The translations under genes and the position numbers were made by a program. A stretch of DNA of 62,960 nt, filler included, from Octopus bimaculoides (taxonomy: Eukaryota): the NCBI RefSeq assembly GCF_001194135.2. It is 4 parts of 3 records of this genome, joined end to end, with 100 filler letters (N's around TTAATTAATTAA, not from the genome) between each part and the next. Parts side by side here need not be neighbours in the genome. Positions count along the whole stretch, not along the records: positions 21,190 to 43,295 come from NC_068981.1; 3 more parts are not named here. The stretch is one strand, 5' to 3'. Below, piece after piece: positions 22,970 to 36,335 of the stretch. Below the pieces are notes generated by a model that made no database searches, was not told the origin of the DNA, and saw only the letters and a program-made list of their open reading frames with translations. The stretch's first letter is position 1. Each line of letters starts with the position of its first letter.

Positions 22970-24476
22970 TACCATAAAAGCCCATTAATTTATGCACGTT
23001 TTAGGCAAAAACAAGAATAAACCTTAGTGGGTGCGCAAATTACATGAATAGATCGTTTCCAGAATTTTTAAAGAAATCTTTTTGTTGGAAAATGACATAC
23101 AAATGTAAACATTCGTACAGGAAGTTAACTCTTTTAATATCAGAATAAGTTTTTACAGAAAAAAATATAATGAAGTTGACTTTTATTTATGCTAGACGGT
23201 ATAATGCTTACTTTTTCTGTTCAAATTTACTAAAACCATTAAATGGTTAACTACATTTTGAAATTTGACATTCATGCTGGTAATCATGGTCGCAACCGTA
23301 TTTTACATTGCTTGAATTTTGTCCCTATTGCAATGGAACCCAGCAATTTCCTTTAATAGATCAGTTTTTCTCTGCTTAAGAAGTCTAACTTGCATTTGCT
23401 TCCAGGAAGCTATTGCTCGCTTTCTCCACATTAGGACAATTTAATTCGACATCGCCGACGACATCATAATTCATCCTTATGCGTGTAAACTCACTAAGTG
23501 AATATGACTTAGTGTTCCTACAGAAACCTTCATTTACCTTATACAATGTTTAATGTCGTTTCACATACATGTTAAATTATGCAGCAATCTTATGTTCTCT
23601 TCATAGAACACTTGTATGTATTACCAGTTCTTTCGGTGTAGTAGATTTTTGCTATTCTTAATTATGTCTCCTCACAGACGTGTATATTCTAACAAGTCGC
23701 TTCTTAAATTTCGCACCTCACTTGTTCAATAAATACTGAGTTAAACTTGCAGAGCTATTTATTTTCTCCTTTCGATTTTTAATGTTTATTTTAGCGGGTT
23801 ACCAAACTATCCGTCTGGTCTCCCGGCTAAAACGGTAATGACGAATTTTTAAGTTTGCTTGACATTTTATAGGTGTAAAAGGGATTAAAATTTCGATGCT
23901 CCATATCAAAGGTTCCGACAAGAATAGACAGAAAATCAGAGCTGAGACAAGAAGACACTTTCAGATTCTGTTTACATAATCAATTTGATCGGTCACCTTC
24001 TTCTGTCGGTTGAGTAAAGTGTCATTCAAGCTGATGTTTATTGGTAATTAAACTTATTTTGCAACACTGGTGCATATTTATCAGCTTTGTTTTTGTTGAT
24101 AAGAATTATCAACTTTTCCTGTGATCGTGATTTGAGAGGACATATAGAAGTATGCTAAAGATCGGACATAATCTCTTGTGGGCAAGAAATGTAAAATAAA
24201 GTTTATTATAATCAACACAAACACTTCGTAATTTAATAGATTGATACCTGTTAAACATTTTTTTATTTCCTGAAAATTTAATAAAATTTAATCATAAGTA
24301 AGTGAAATTATGTTAAATACAACTAAATTGAAAACTTTTTCTCTCTGGCCATATCAACAATTCTGAAAACTTTTGGGTGCAAATTTTACATGAGTAGAAG
24401 TTTCTTTAACAATTTTTATCCTGAAATTCACCTGCGTAAATTAGACAGGTGTGCAAATTACATGGGTTTTTACGGT
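22970..24476. mobile_element. pogo/Tc1-superfamily TIR element, degraded
   Basis: Left end TACCATAAAAGCCCATTAATTT versus reverse-complemented right end CACCGTAAAAACCCATGTAATTTGCAC. Subterminal GTGC(GC)AAATTACATG motif at about 23030, 24377 and 24450. No intact ORF. Confidence 0.55.
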
Positions 24477-24495
24477 GTATATATATATATATGTG

Positions 24496-25825
24496 TGTAA
24501 GGAACGACCGTGCGAACTCAAAAAGGAGAAATGGTGACGAATGGAAAAAACAGAGGACTCCTTTTATTTAAACGCGTCGCACGGTCGAACACAAAATAAT
24601 AATATATCAAATGATGATATACAAATAATGTTATACTACGATAGCATAGATGACCAGTAATGAAAGACCACAACCGTATAAGATGAATAACAGAGATATT
24701 TATTGTGGTATTAAAGATGTATGTGTATGTGAGAGTGTGGATGCGACATATAAGAACATAATCAAAGACAGGCCGTCGTACAAAGAAAAGTATGTATGTG
24801 TATGTGAGTTATTACAGCAGATAGAAAGAGTCAGTAACACGTGAGCATTTATACCAGTTCTTTAGTACACTATAGGAAAGGTCTGTATGTGAGAGTAGTT
24901 GAGGCTGTGAGTGTGGCAGAGCTTATCACTAGTTGTGATGTTGTGGCTTCCATGCCGGGCCGTGATTCTTGTTATACAGATGTTCGTCGCTGGCTGAGAT
25001 CTCTTGTCTGTTTATTTATCGTGGTGAAGCTGAGTCACCTAACAGAATCGAAGAGAGAGATGTGCCGCGGTGGTTTGGATTGGTGTACATAGAAAGTCGT
25101 GTAGACGCTGGTGGTGAAGAGGCTGCTTGGTAGTAATCGTAGAATCGTGTTGNNNNNNNNNNNNNNNNNNNNNNNNNNNNNNNNNNNNNNNNNNNNNNNN
25201 NNNNNNNNNNNNNNNNNNNNNNNNNNNNNNNNNNNNNNNNNNNNNNNNNNNNNNNNNNNNNNNNNNNNNNNNNNNNNNNNNNNNNNNNNNNNNNNNNNNN
25301 NNNNNNNNNNNNNNNNNNNNNNNNNNNNNNNNNNNNNNNNNNNNNNNNNNNNNNNNNNNNNNNNNNNNNNNNNNNNNNNNNNNNNNNNNNNNNNNNNNNN
25401 NNNNNNNNNNNNNNNNNNNNNNNNNNNNNNNNNNNNNNNNNNNNNNNNNNNNNNNNNNNNNNNNNNNNNNNNNNNNNNNNNNNNNNNNNNNNNNNNNNNN
25501 NNNNNNNNNNNNNNNNNNNNNNNNNNNNNNNNNNNNNNNNNNNNNNNNNNNNNNNNNNNNNNNNNNNNNNNNNNNNNNNNNNNNNNNNNNNNNNNNNNNN
25601 NNNNNNNNNNNNNNNNNNNNNNNNNNNNNNNNNNNNNNNNNNNNNNNNNNNNNNNNNNNNNNNNNNNNNNNNNNNNNNATATTAATCAGTCACGTGATGA
25701 CAAGGAGCTGGGTTCGCCTCTACGCCCGCGTTTGTTTATATTTAAATGAGAAGAATGGCGATAGCAGTTTTGTATCTAATGGCGATAGGTAGTTTTGTAT
25801 GTAATGGCGATCGAGGTGTTAGTTT

Positions 25826-25832
<7 letters not shown>
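24496..25832 (-). mobile_element. Solo LTR related to 12034-13061, inserted in a TA microsatellite, contains a gap
   Basis: Plus strand starts TGTAAGGAACGACCGTGCG and ends AGTTTCACTACA like the first copy. Both share CGTCGCACGGTCGAACACAAAA. Confidence 0.75.
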
Positions 25833-25870
<38 letters not shown>

Positions 25871-25879
25871 CAAACATAT

Positions 25880-26079
25880 CTGTTATCTTTTTTCAGTCAT
25901 TAGACTGCGACCATGCTGGGGCACTATCTTGAAAAATTTTTAGTTCAATGAATCGGTTGCAACACTTATTTTCTGTTAAGCCTGCTACATATGCTATCAG
26001 TCTCTTTTTGCCAAACTGCTAAGTTACAGAGACATAGTCGTACCAACACTGGTTGTCAAGCGGTTGTGGGGGACAACCA

Positions 26080-26126
<47 letters not shown>

Positions 26127-26300
26127 GTATACAATGCACTTCTTTCAGTTTCTGTCTATAAAACCCACTCACAAGGCTTTGGTCAGCTCATGGCTATTGA
26201 AGAAGACACTTGCCTAAGGTGCCATACAGTGGAACTGAACCCAGAACCATGTGGTTGGAAAACAAGCTTCTAACCACACAGCCATGTCTGCACCTATGTA
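25880..26300 (-). mobile_element. SINE family A (tRNA head + CORE-like domain + internal microsatellite + tail)
   Basis: Minus strand GGCTGTGTGGTTAGAAGCTTG..GGTTCAGTTCCACTG..GGCACCTTAGGCAAGTGTCTTC, (CA)n, then tail ending AGCATGGTCGCAGTCTAATGACTGAAAA. Confidence 0.8.
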
Positions 26301-27497
26301 TATATTATGTACATACATATACCATATATCTGTATGTATGTATGTATAAGCAAAGTCACCATCATCATTTAACATCCTTGTTCTATGCTGGCATGGGTTG
26401 GATGGTTTGACAACATCTGGCGAGCTCCACGCCCATGCCAAGCTCCAATGTCATATGAATGTGTGTGTGTGTCTATGTATGTACATACATATATATGCAT
26501 GCATATGTGTATGTATATGTATCATTTTTGTATCCTTGAGTGGAACTACTTCAGTGTACTCAAATTATGTTTTCCTTCCAAACTATGGATGCTATGTCTC
26601 CTCTTTACACTTCCTGAAATTGAATGACTTACATATTGTTTGGATTGAAATGATGAAATGATGATGTTAGTTGCTGTTATTGATAATGCTGATAATGAGA
26701 ATGATTGTGAGCATGCATATAAACAGCCGACAATACACTTAATCACACACACATTCTATACTGTATCTCATACTATTTTGACGTAGTGTATGAATTTCAA
26801 TTAGCTCACTGAATGAATGAATGACGCACGCACCCTAGAACATATGTACAATTTGTCAAAAATACTCCACTCCTACTATAATCATTAAAACTGCTGGGAA
26901 TTAAAACTTCCACTGGATGTTTTCCGAGTGTATATACCTATTTGTGTAAAATAAACACTTGCATGTGTGTGTCATCATCATCAACATTTAGCATCTCTTT
27001 TCCATGCTAGCATGGGTTAGACAGTTTGAGAGGAGCTGGTAAACTAGAGAGCTGCACTAGGCTCCAGTCTGATTTGGCTTGATTTCTATGGCTGGATTCT
27101 CTTCCTGATGCTGACTACAGATTGTACTGGGTGTGTTTTATGTGTCTTTAGCATGGGCACCACTTACGTGTCACTACTACAGGTGCCTTTTACAAGTCAC
27201 GGATACACCTTTGACATGTCACTGCCATACAAACATACATATATATATATATATACATATATATATATNNNNNNNNNNNNNNNNNNNNNNNNNNNNNNNN
27301 NNNNNNNNNNNNNNNNNNNNNNNNNNNNNNNNNNNNNNNNNNNNNNNNNNNNNNNNNNNNNNNNNNNNTATATATATGTATATATATGTATATATATATG
27401 TATGTATATATGTATATGGATATATATGTAATACTTTGCTTGTGCTACGTCCTCACATTTGTTTTTCTTTTTCTTTTTTTCCTGTTTTTTTCAATTA

Positions 27498-27536
<39 letters not shown>

Positions 27537-27939
27537 AAAAATAGGTGCAGGTGTGGCTGTGTGGTAAAATGTTTGCTTCACAACCACTTGCTCCCAGGTT
27601 CTGTTCCACTGTGCGATTCCTTGCACAAGTGTCTTTTATTACAAATAGCCTTCCTCAGTTGAAACATTTTAAGATATTTTGAAATGTTTTTAACTGAGTA
27701 ACATCTTGTGCAATGGATCATTTTCCTAGTATATATTTCACAAACCTGAGACATCTCTATTAAATTATTTCAAAATGTCACTATTTTGTCTGACTTCATT
27801 ATTACAACTTACGTGACTTGATTCCATTACAAACTAGACAGTCCAGATTCCACTTAAGCAGGTATTCTAACAAGGATTCTGGATAGTTTGTTATATTTGA
27901 CTCGTGTCCAAAATTCTGGTATTATGTACCATCTCTTAG

Positions 27940-28320
27940 TACTCTTTTACTTGTTTCAGTCATTTACTGCGGCCATGCTGGAGCACCGCCTTTAGTCGAG
28001 CTAATCGACCCCAGGACTTATTCTTTGTAAGCCTAGTACTTGTTCTATCGGTCTCTTTTTGCCAAACCGCTAAGTTACGGGGACGTAAACACACCAGCAT
28101 CGGTTGTCAAGCGATGGTGGGGGGACAAACACACATACATATATATATATACATATATACGACAGGCTTCTTTCAGTTTCCGTCTACCAAATCCACTCAC
28201 AAGGCTTTGGTCGGCCCGAGGCTATAGTAGAAGACACTTGCCCAAGGTGCCACGCAGTGGGACTGAACCCGGAACCATGTGGTTGGTAAGCAAGCTACTT
28301 ACCACACAACCACTTATGTG
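27940..28320 (-). mobile_element. SINE family A, well-preserved copy
   Basis: Nearly identical to 40473-40875 in opposite orientation. Confidence 0.88.
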
Positions 28321-29479
28321 CCTATGTATATAACAAAATATATATTATGATGGGCTTCTTTCAGTTTCCGTCTACCAAATCCTCTCAAAATTTTTGGTTG
28401 GCAGATATTTACACATTGTTTGTTATTGCTATTGCTTTATCTAAATATTTTCCTATGTTTTGTAGTTTTTGTTATTTTACAAGGTTTTTTCTTGTTTTTG
28501 TTTGTTTTAATTTTCTTTTTTTTTAAATTTCCCTTAGCCTGTTTTCTCTTCACAATGGTTAGTGTGTCATTGTTTATATCTATCCCACACCCTGAATGTG
28601 TCATTGTTTGTTCCCCTTTTGTAGTATGGCTAATTCATTAACTAATTTTTATCTTTCTGTCTCTTTCCCTTACTTCCCCTCCATTACTTGCACTGTCTCC
28701 AGTGCTGTATTATTTTCTTCCTATTAGACACTCATTCAGTTTTGTCCCACTAACACACACACACTATTTGGCACCATTTCTATTACATATTTTTGCTACT
28801 ATAACCGAGGCTACAATCTCAAATACTACTGTAGGCTGCCAGGAGGGATTTATTTTGTCATAGCAGAGTAACATGCCATGCCATGTCCACTTCGAACCAT
28901 TATTGTGCGCTTTTTGAAAGAGCTAGTTAGTTGCAGCTCAGCTGGTGTAATACACGAGCATGATTCTAAAATCAACTAAAATGCAACTTCTGGAATCATT
29001 TAAGCTGCGAAGGGCCATCCTTTAGTAAGTCTGTTGAAATTCTTGTCATCCAACACTCGCAAATGTACATTCTGTTCCTACACATTTTATTCAACATTTA
29101 CTTAAAAATTGTAATATCACTTACTACTGCTTGAACGAGAGTGTTACCTCTCCTGAAATAAAGTTTGTTGAGTTCATTCATACATTCGCCTTCTGACTTT
29201 CCTTCAATATTCTAAACAAAACTCATAACGGAACACTCCAGACAACTCACTATACTACCAATCAACTATAACAATAATATTGATGCCTCTGTGGTGTCAC
29301 ACAGTCACCTGGAAATAATAGCCAACTTCAAATTACAATTTACTTGTTTTTAAAATAAAGGACACACTAGGTTATGTTGTTCTAGATATGCTGAATAAAT
29401 GACAATCTGACCATGGCTAGAATGCCAATGAAACCATTGTATATCCCATCACACCTTAGGCTTCTATCTGTCATTAATG

Positions 29480-29970
29480 ACCATAGATAAAGGTTCTAGT
29501 TGTCCACCCCACTGGAGCAGCATTGTCTGTGACTGAACAGTCCAAGGCATAAATGGCAGTCTCTGCAGCACAAGCTATACTTATGGGCTGACCTGGTGCT
29601 GTCAGTTCCCCCTCTCTGGTATAGTGTGTTCAATAAGATCCAAGCCTGGGCAGTATGACATGGAGGACAGTTTGTTGCCCTTGCAGCATGTGTCCTCCTC
29701 TTTGCATCTCGGATGGATCTAAAGGAACAGCATAGCCATCACAATTTGGCACCGGCATCATCACAAGAGTTGCTAGAGTTAGGTTGTAAACAACATCGAA
29801 CTGCCTCAGGGGCTCCAATTCCCAATTTTTCTTTGGGGTGTACACCTGAAGCCTATCCTATGGATGGGTATAGCTACAAAGCAATGGTGGTTTGGAATCA
29901 GGGCTTTTCTTCTTCTAGGTGGGTTCCTTCCTACCACCAGGTTAATGAGTTTCATCTGCCTGACTGACTT
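29480..29970 (-). mobile_element. Probable RTE LINE 5'-UTR-like repeat fragment
   Basis: GC-richer block with partial similarity to the RTE-like part of the SINE at 5860-5950 (GTTGCCCTTGCAGC..TCCTCCTCT). The family call is tentative. Confidence 0.35.
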
Positions 29971-31016
29971 GCTAATTAATCTATAGCTGGGACCCTAACA
30001 AGTGCTACTACTCCAGGTCTGAGAAGACCTGTGGTCAATAGTGTTTAAGAGGTGGTTCCACACTCCTCAAAACCCCGGAGGTCCTGAACCAAAACCATGT
30101 GCCTTCATGCCCTAGATACACAATACTCAAGAAAAAGAAACTGTTATCATAGCTGGAATGCCATTAATCATAGAGAAATAGGGATACTTTGATCACAGGT
30201 TTGCTTGATTAGGGTTGGTCTGGAACACAAGAATCACATGAGCCAAGGGGAGTATTTCTGTACAGTTGCTCAAGTTGCTAGAAATAGCAGCCAAATCTCC
30301 CCCCCCCCCACCAATTACATGCTACTGTTTTTGAGAAGAAAGGAAACATTGGATTATGTTCTCCTAGATACACTATATTTAAATAAAGGACAATATCATT
30401 ATGGTTGGAACACCATTTAAACCATTAATATATATCACCACTACAGCATACTACACTGCATGAAATAATGAGAGAGCCTCTATATAGCCACTCCATGGCA
30501 GCCAAACCAGTCATCTTAAAAAAACAAAAGAACCCATTGGATAAAGTAGCCCTATTCACTTTTAAAAAGATGGAATGGTAACGGCCGGAGTGCTTCTGAT
30601 CATAAATCTGCTTGATTAAGGTTGATCTGCTCACCTGTCTACTTCATACCAAGGAGTACATCACCTCATCACAACTATACACACACATCTGCACTACAAT
30701 ACAATAACTGTTATGACTTTGCGATGAATCTTGACTGGCATCCTCGCTGTACCCAGAGCTGGTTATCCAGTATATTCATCCATTTTAACTCAAGTAAAAT
30801 TTAATTGATATTTAGCTGCTGTTTCTAGCAGATTGAGCAAACTGTAGCCTGCAGGCTGCATGTGGTTCATAGAACTTTCTGAATGACACACCAAAAAAAA
30901 AAAATTATTACCTTGATTTTTTTTTTTGTTTTTTTAGTGTGGCCCACCTGATGATGAGCCATGTTTCATGTGACCTGCTTCTCTTTGCATGACATAGGTT
31001 TACAGAATTCAAGATA

Positions 31017-31430
31017 AGACATGGCTGTGCGATAAGAAGCTTGCTTCCCAACCACATGGTTCCAGATTCAGTCCCTCTGCATGGCACCTTGGGCAAGTAT
31101 CTTCTACTATAGCCTCAGGCTGACCAAAGCCTTGTAAGTGGATTTGGTACACGGAAACTGAAAGATGCCTATCATACATGTATGTATGTGTGTGTGTATC
31201 TATGTTTGTGTGTCTTTGTGTCTGTGTTTGTCCCTCACCATCACCACTTAACAACTGGTGTTGGTGTATTTACATCCTTGTAACTTAGCAGTTCAGCAAA
31301 TGAGACCAATAGAATATGTACTAGGTTCAAGAAATAAGTCCTGAGATTGATTTGTTTGACTAAAATCCTTCAAGGCCATGCTCCAGCATGACCGCAGTCA
31401 AATGACTGAAACAAGTAAAAGAATAAAAGA
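31017..31430 (+). mobile_element. SINE family A
   Basis: CATGGCTGTGCGATAAGAAGCTTGCTTCCCAACCACATGG..GGCACCTTGGGCAAG..tail GCAGTCAAATGACTGAAACAAGTAAAAGAATAAAAG. Confidence 0.82.
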
Positions 31431-32882
31431 ACAAAAACTTCACAAGAACCATTCTAGCTACTAGCTACTTGTGAACCATTCTTGATGTAGCTCGAAAGGT
31501 TCACAAGAACCATTTTAGCTACATCAATAAAAATTTTGACTCTCCATCTCTCACTTCTCCCCAATGCACAAAGTACTCAATACCTTCTTCAAAAAACTAC
31601 ACAAGCTTAATAGTAAACTATGTATTAGGTCACAAAGCCTATGTAGTATGCAGTCATAACAAATCAGTAACATGTCATTTCCTGTGTAGAGTATCACCAG
31701 ATTCCTCTTAGCCATTCATTTTCATTCGTACTTTTTTGACCTTCCCAAATCTCCTCAGGACATTACTACTGTTTCATATACAAAGAGCATTGCACTTGTA
31801 TCCTTTGGCTCTTCAAACACACCTGCATGCCAACTCCATTCTTACATCAGTCACTCAAAAATCCAGCTTTGAAATCAGAGTTAAAAGTAGTACTCACTGA
31901 AACCTCTATCCGTTTCCTTTCTGATAATACAAAAAAAAAAAAAAACATCAATTGCAAACGACAATCACATGCAACATATCCAATTGACAAAATCACAAGG
32001 ATTTACATACATCACATCTGCAGTATTCACAGCAGATGTAAAATGTGTTGTTACGAAAGAAAAAAATTCGCATAAACGTACTTATGGTACATACAAGTGA
32101 CGTATTTGACTAACAGGAAGAAACAACTATAAATGATGTGTAAGCAATAAAACTGATTCATCATAGATTATGATGTCAGTTCTCCCTATCTTCAAAGGCT
32201 TCACACCATATTATAAGAAATTACTAAACTGTTTACTTTTTACCAAATCATGCAACCTGTACACCACTCTCACAGACAATGTGCACCTGTAAGCATCTTA
32301 GTCTGTCATTGCAGCAAGTTAAAACCTTTTGGCCATATCCAGCCAAAATATTCTTGTTTTATATTTAAACTGGTCAGATCTGGCTTCTCACACCTACCCT
32401 ACAATGTCATTCTAAAAATAAACAATTACATCATCAAAATCTCAAATCTTTGAGATAAAGCATGATTATTTCAAAACAATGAATATAAATAAGCTTTTAT
32501 TTATATTGGCATTCAGAATAATCTGAATGCCAAAGGGTTAAGCCCAAACAAATACACATGTACAACAGTCTGGAACACTACTACAGCAACATCAAAAGAA
32601 CACTATCTCTCTCATTCAGTCCAGATAAAAAATATAATAAATACATGAAATCAATAGTGTTATTCATCCTAAACATTGTGTTGGATTACACACAAACAAT
32701 CCTTAAGTGTAGAAGACTTGTAGCTGTCACATTTGAAGCAAATTTACCTTTACTCTGCCTCTGTTGTGGTTACTTCCAAAATTTACCATCGTACAGAACA
32801 GTGGAAAGAGTACAGATTGCTCAGAGTACAACAACTGCATCGCTGTACATTGTATGCCAGAATGTACAGTATGAATGTACAA

Positions 32883-33115
32883 GGCGACGAGCTGGCAGAA
32901 ACGTTAGCACGCCAGGTGAAATACTTAGTGGTATTTCATCTGTCTTTATGTTCTGAGTTCAAATTCCGTCGAGTTCGACTTTGCCTTTCATCTTTTCGGG
33001 GTCGATAAATTAAGTACCAGTTACGCACTGGGGTCAATGTAATCGACTTAATCCCTTTGTCTGTCCTTGTTTGTCCCCTCTATGTTTAGCCCCTTGTGGG
33101 CAATAAAGAAATAAG
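32883..33115 (+). mobile_element. SINE family B
   Basis: GGCGACGAGCTGGCAGAAACGTTAGCACGCCAGG..GTTCTGAGTTCAAATTCC..GGGGTCGATAAATTAAGTACCAG..GCAATAAAGAAATAAG. Confidence 0.85.
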
Positions 33116-33289
33116 AATGTACAGTATGATCCTCAAGGAGACAGAGATATGGCACGTTCAGAGCTATAGATCTATGGATTTCACCCACACGTTTGGTTGA
33201 CTTTCATGCCAGAGTTCCATTTTATCATAGTTGACCTAGGATTATAAATCAAAACTTCACCACACAATTCCAGACACCAAACATCTCTT

Positions 33290-33612
33290 ACTAAAGATGG
33301 ACAAAATGCCGCTAAGCATTTGCTAACATTTTTCCCAACATGTGCTAACAATTCTGCCAGTTCGCTGCCTTAATAATAGTAATGACGATAATAATCTTTT
33401 CTACTTAAGGAACAAGGCCTGAAATTTTGGCAGAGGGAAGTAGTCAATTACATTGATCCCAGTGGTTTACTAGTGCCCTGAAAGGATGAAAAGCAAAGTT
33501 GACCTCAGTGGAAATTGAACTTAGAACGTAAAGATGGACAAAATGCTGCTAAGCAAAATGCTACTAAGCATTTTGCTTGGCATGCTAACAATTCTGCCAG
33601 CTTGCTGCCTTA
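33290..33612 (-). mobile_element. Two SINE family B pieces (head fragment plus longer copy)
   Basis: Both end GCTAACAATTCTGCCAG(T/C)T(C/T)GCTGCCTTAATAAT on the plus strand, i.e. head on the minus strand. Confidence 0.72.
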
Positions 33613-34324
33613 ATAATAATAATAATAATGACTACCATACTGTTACTACCTTAATTATTATTACCCCAATCAAAAACAACTCTATTGCAAATTTGAAATA
33701 GTAGCCAGATCTCTTTTTAATTAAGGTTTTCAATTTTCAAAAGAGAATGGCACATTAAATAATGTACTGTTATCTATGCAAGCATTCAAAAAAGGGATGG
33801 CACCTGAGATGGACAGCAGCAGCAGCAACAACAACAGCAACCACTCCATTTCTTAAAACTACATCTTGAGAAGACCTTACAGAAGACCTCTTGCAACAAG
33901 CAACTATGTTATTGACTGTATGTTGTTCTCTTTAACTAGCTGAAGACATGGCCTATCTGGAACACTGGATAGCAGATAAAGGGGATTAAAATCTGAGTTG
34001 GATCCTCAGTAAACACTTTTGTGAATACCAACTATCCAAAGTGTTTATCTGTAGATGGTTTATCTTAAAAAGAAAGAGGAAAACTATTTATACAAGCTGA
34101 AATTGAAACTTGGTCTGAAGAAATGCACATAGTTTACATTGAAAAAATATATTATAATAATATTATGAATTCATTTGTATTCATATTAATATTAATATTT
34201 ATATTCATTAAATGTATTCCTGTGTTGCATGGAGCACTGAATATGTAAATTCTTCTCTGGTTATTTAAACAAATGTGCATATGCCAGGGGAATGATACAC
34301 AACAAATTTATGTTACCAAGAGAT

Positions 34325-34955
34325 GCAGGTGTAGCTGTATGGTAAGAAGTTTGCTTCACATCTACATAGTTCTAGGTTTAGTCTGACAGTATGGTATCTT
34401 AAACAAGTGTTTTCTACTGGGCTGACAAAAGCTTTGTGTGGATTTGGGAAATGGAAACTGAAAGAAGCCCGTGGTATATGTGTGTGTGAAGGTACATGGC
34501 TTAGTGGTTATTTAGCTCATGATTGTATGGTCATGAGTTTGATTCCTGGTGGCGTATTGTGTCCTTGAGCAAGACACTTTATTTCACGTTGCTCCAGTCC
34601 ACACAGTTGGCAAAAATTAGTAGTACCTGTAATTCAAAGGGCCAGACTTGTCACATTCTGTGTCACTTTGAATCTCCCTAAGAACTACGTTAAGGGTATG
34701 CATGTCTGTGGAATACTCGGCCACTTGCATGTTAATTTCATGAGCAAGCTGTTCCATTGGTTGAATCAACTGGAACCCTTGTCATAACCAATGGAGTTGT
34801 TGTTGTTGGCACTCCGTCGCTAACGACGTCGAGGGTTCCAGTTGATCCGATCAACGGAACAGCCTGCTCGTGAAATTAACGTGCAAGTGGCTGAGCACAC
34901 CACAGACACGTGTACCCTTAACGTAGTTCTCGGGGATATTCAGCGTGACACAGAG
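34325..34955. mobile_element. SINE cluster: family A head (+), family C-like copy (+, 34490-34795), family C tail (-, 34796-34955)
   Basis: 34800-34950 is the reverse complement of 35230-35390 and abuts the preceding copy tail to tail. Confidence 0.75.
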
Positions 34956-35007
34956 TTGATTGGAGCAACATGAAATGAAGAGCATTTTTCAAAGGTACTT
35001 AGTATTA

Positions 35008-35390
35008 GTGGAGGCGCAATGGCCCAGTGGTCAGGGCAGCAGACTCGCGGTCATAGGATCGCGGTTTCAATTCCCAGACCAGGCGTTGTGAGTGTTTATT
35101 GAGCAAAAACACCTAAACCTCCACGAGGCTCTGGCAGGGGATGGTGGCGAACCCTGCTGTATTCTTCCACCACAACTTTCTCTCATTCTTTCTTCCTGTT
35201 TCTGTTGTGCCTGTAATTCAAAGGGTCAGCCTTGTCACACTGTGTCACGCTGAATATCCCCGAGAACTACGTTAAGGGTACACGTGTCTGTGGAGTGCTC
35301 TGCCACTTGCACGTTAATTTCACAAGCAGGCTGTTCCGTTGATCGGATCAACTGGAACCCTCGACGTCGTAAGCGACAGAGTACCAACAA
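35008..35390 (+). mobile_element. SINE family C (GGAGGCGCAATGGCCCAGTGG head)
   Basis: tRNA-like A/B boxes and close full-length identity with 38115-38500, ending in (CAA)n. Confidence 0.88.
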
Positions 35391-35639
35391 CTTAGTATTA
35401 GTTCAGGAACCAAATATTAAGTTCATGAGCCCAAACCCTTAATCTTAAGGCCACTAACCTTCTAAACTGGTAATATGTAATAAAAATAATTGTAATAAAG
35501 TGTTCTCCTGATGAGCCATTGCAATTAGGCATCCAAATGCATGTGGAACATACAGTGCTGAATTCCAAATAGCTGCAATGGAGAAACCTATGTGGGTCAG
35601 GTCAGGTGTGGGGGCATGTGCTGTTGCAGCAGGTTGCTG

Positions 35640-35905
35640 CATTCATCATTTGTCAGTATATTCCTGGGTCCTCCTGGATGACCTGTCAAGCAGAGTCCCA
35701 GTCAGTTCCTATCTCCTCGAGATACCTCCTCATCTACTGTAACTATGTGAAATGTTGTCAACCACTCTGAGCCATCAACCCAGCCAGATCCTCAGTGAAG
35801 AGAATATGGTAAGCTGAGTCTAACTTGGAAAATCAAGCAACATGGTTAAACAGTCTGAACTGGTGCTCCTGAATCATACAAGTAACAGGACGCATCTCAG
35901 GATAT
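35640..35905 (-). mobile_element. Degraded RTE LINE C-terminal fragment
   Basis: Minus translation MRPVTCMIQEHQFRLFNHVA..HILFTED..RRYLEEIG resembles the RTE RQLRxFGHVAR region. Confidence 0.5.
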
Positions 35906-36285
35906 GTAGGAACTAAATATTTATACAGGTATTTATCTAAATTTCAATTAAAATAAATTTAATTAAGGTAAAGGTAGTAATTGTTGTTATTGTTTAGCCC
36001 CAAGTCATCCCTGAGTGAGGAAACCTATGATCAAAGGCAGTCTAACCATGACCTTCAATTCAGGCATAACGTAATCTGGAAGTATACTAATCCATGTGAC
36101 CGTCCTTATTTTTATTTTTAAGATGTTAAGTTGTGTTCTATTTCTGGCCAGTTGAGTGATCACGTAGACTAGAGATGGCATTAGTGATGGTGATGTGCCT
36201 GCTAAAGTGGTGAATGAAAAAATATTACTGGTGCTAATGTTTGGTTGTCTAAATCGAATTGTGATGTTTCTTTCTCTGTTGCCTT

Positions 36286-36335
<50 letters not shown>

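Noticed and set aside
28880-29250. Possible decayed coding sequence on the minus strand (..HLRVLDDKNFNRLTKGWP..)
   Set aside because: Multiple stops and no family I can name.
33800-34100. Stop-interrupted frame EDLTEDLLQQATMLLT..AEDMAYLEHWIADKGD next to a CAG/CAA tract
   Set aside because: The implied intron would be only about 22 nt, stops are in frame and no domain was recognised.
35008-35085. tRNA gene candidates at SINE heads (also 38115, 40473, 62660)
   Set aside because: They have A/B boxes but continue into SINE bodies without an acceptor-stem 3' strand or T-run terminator.
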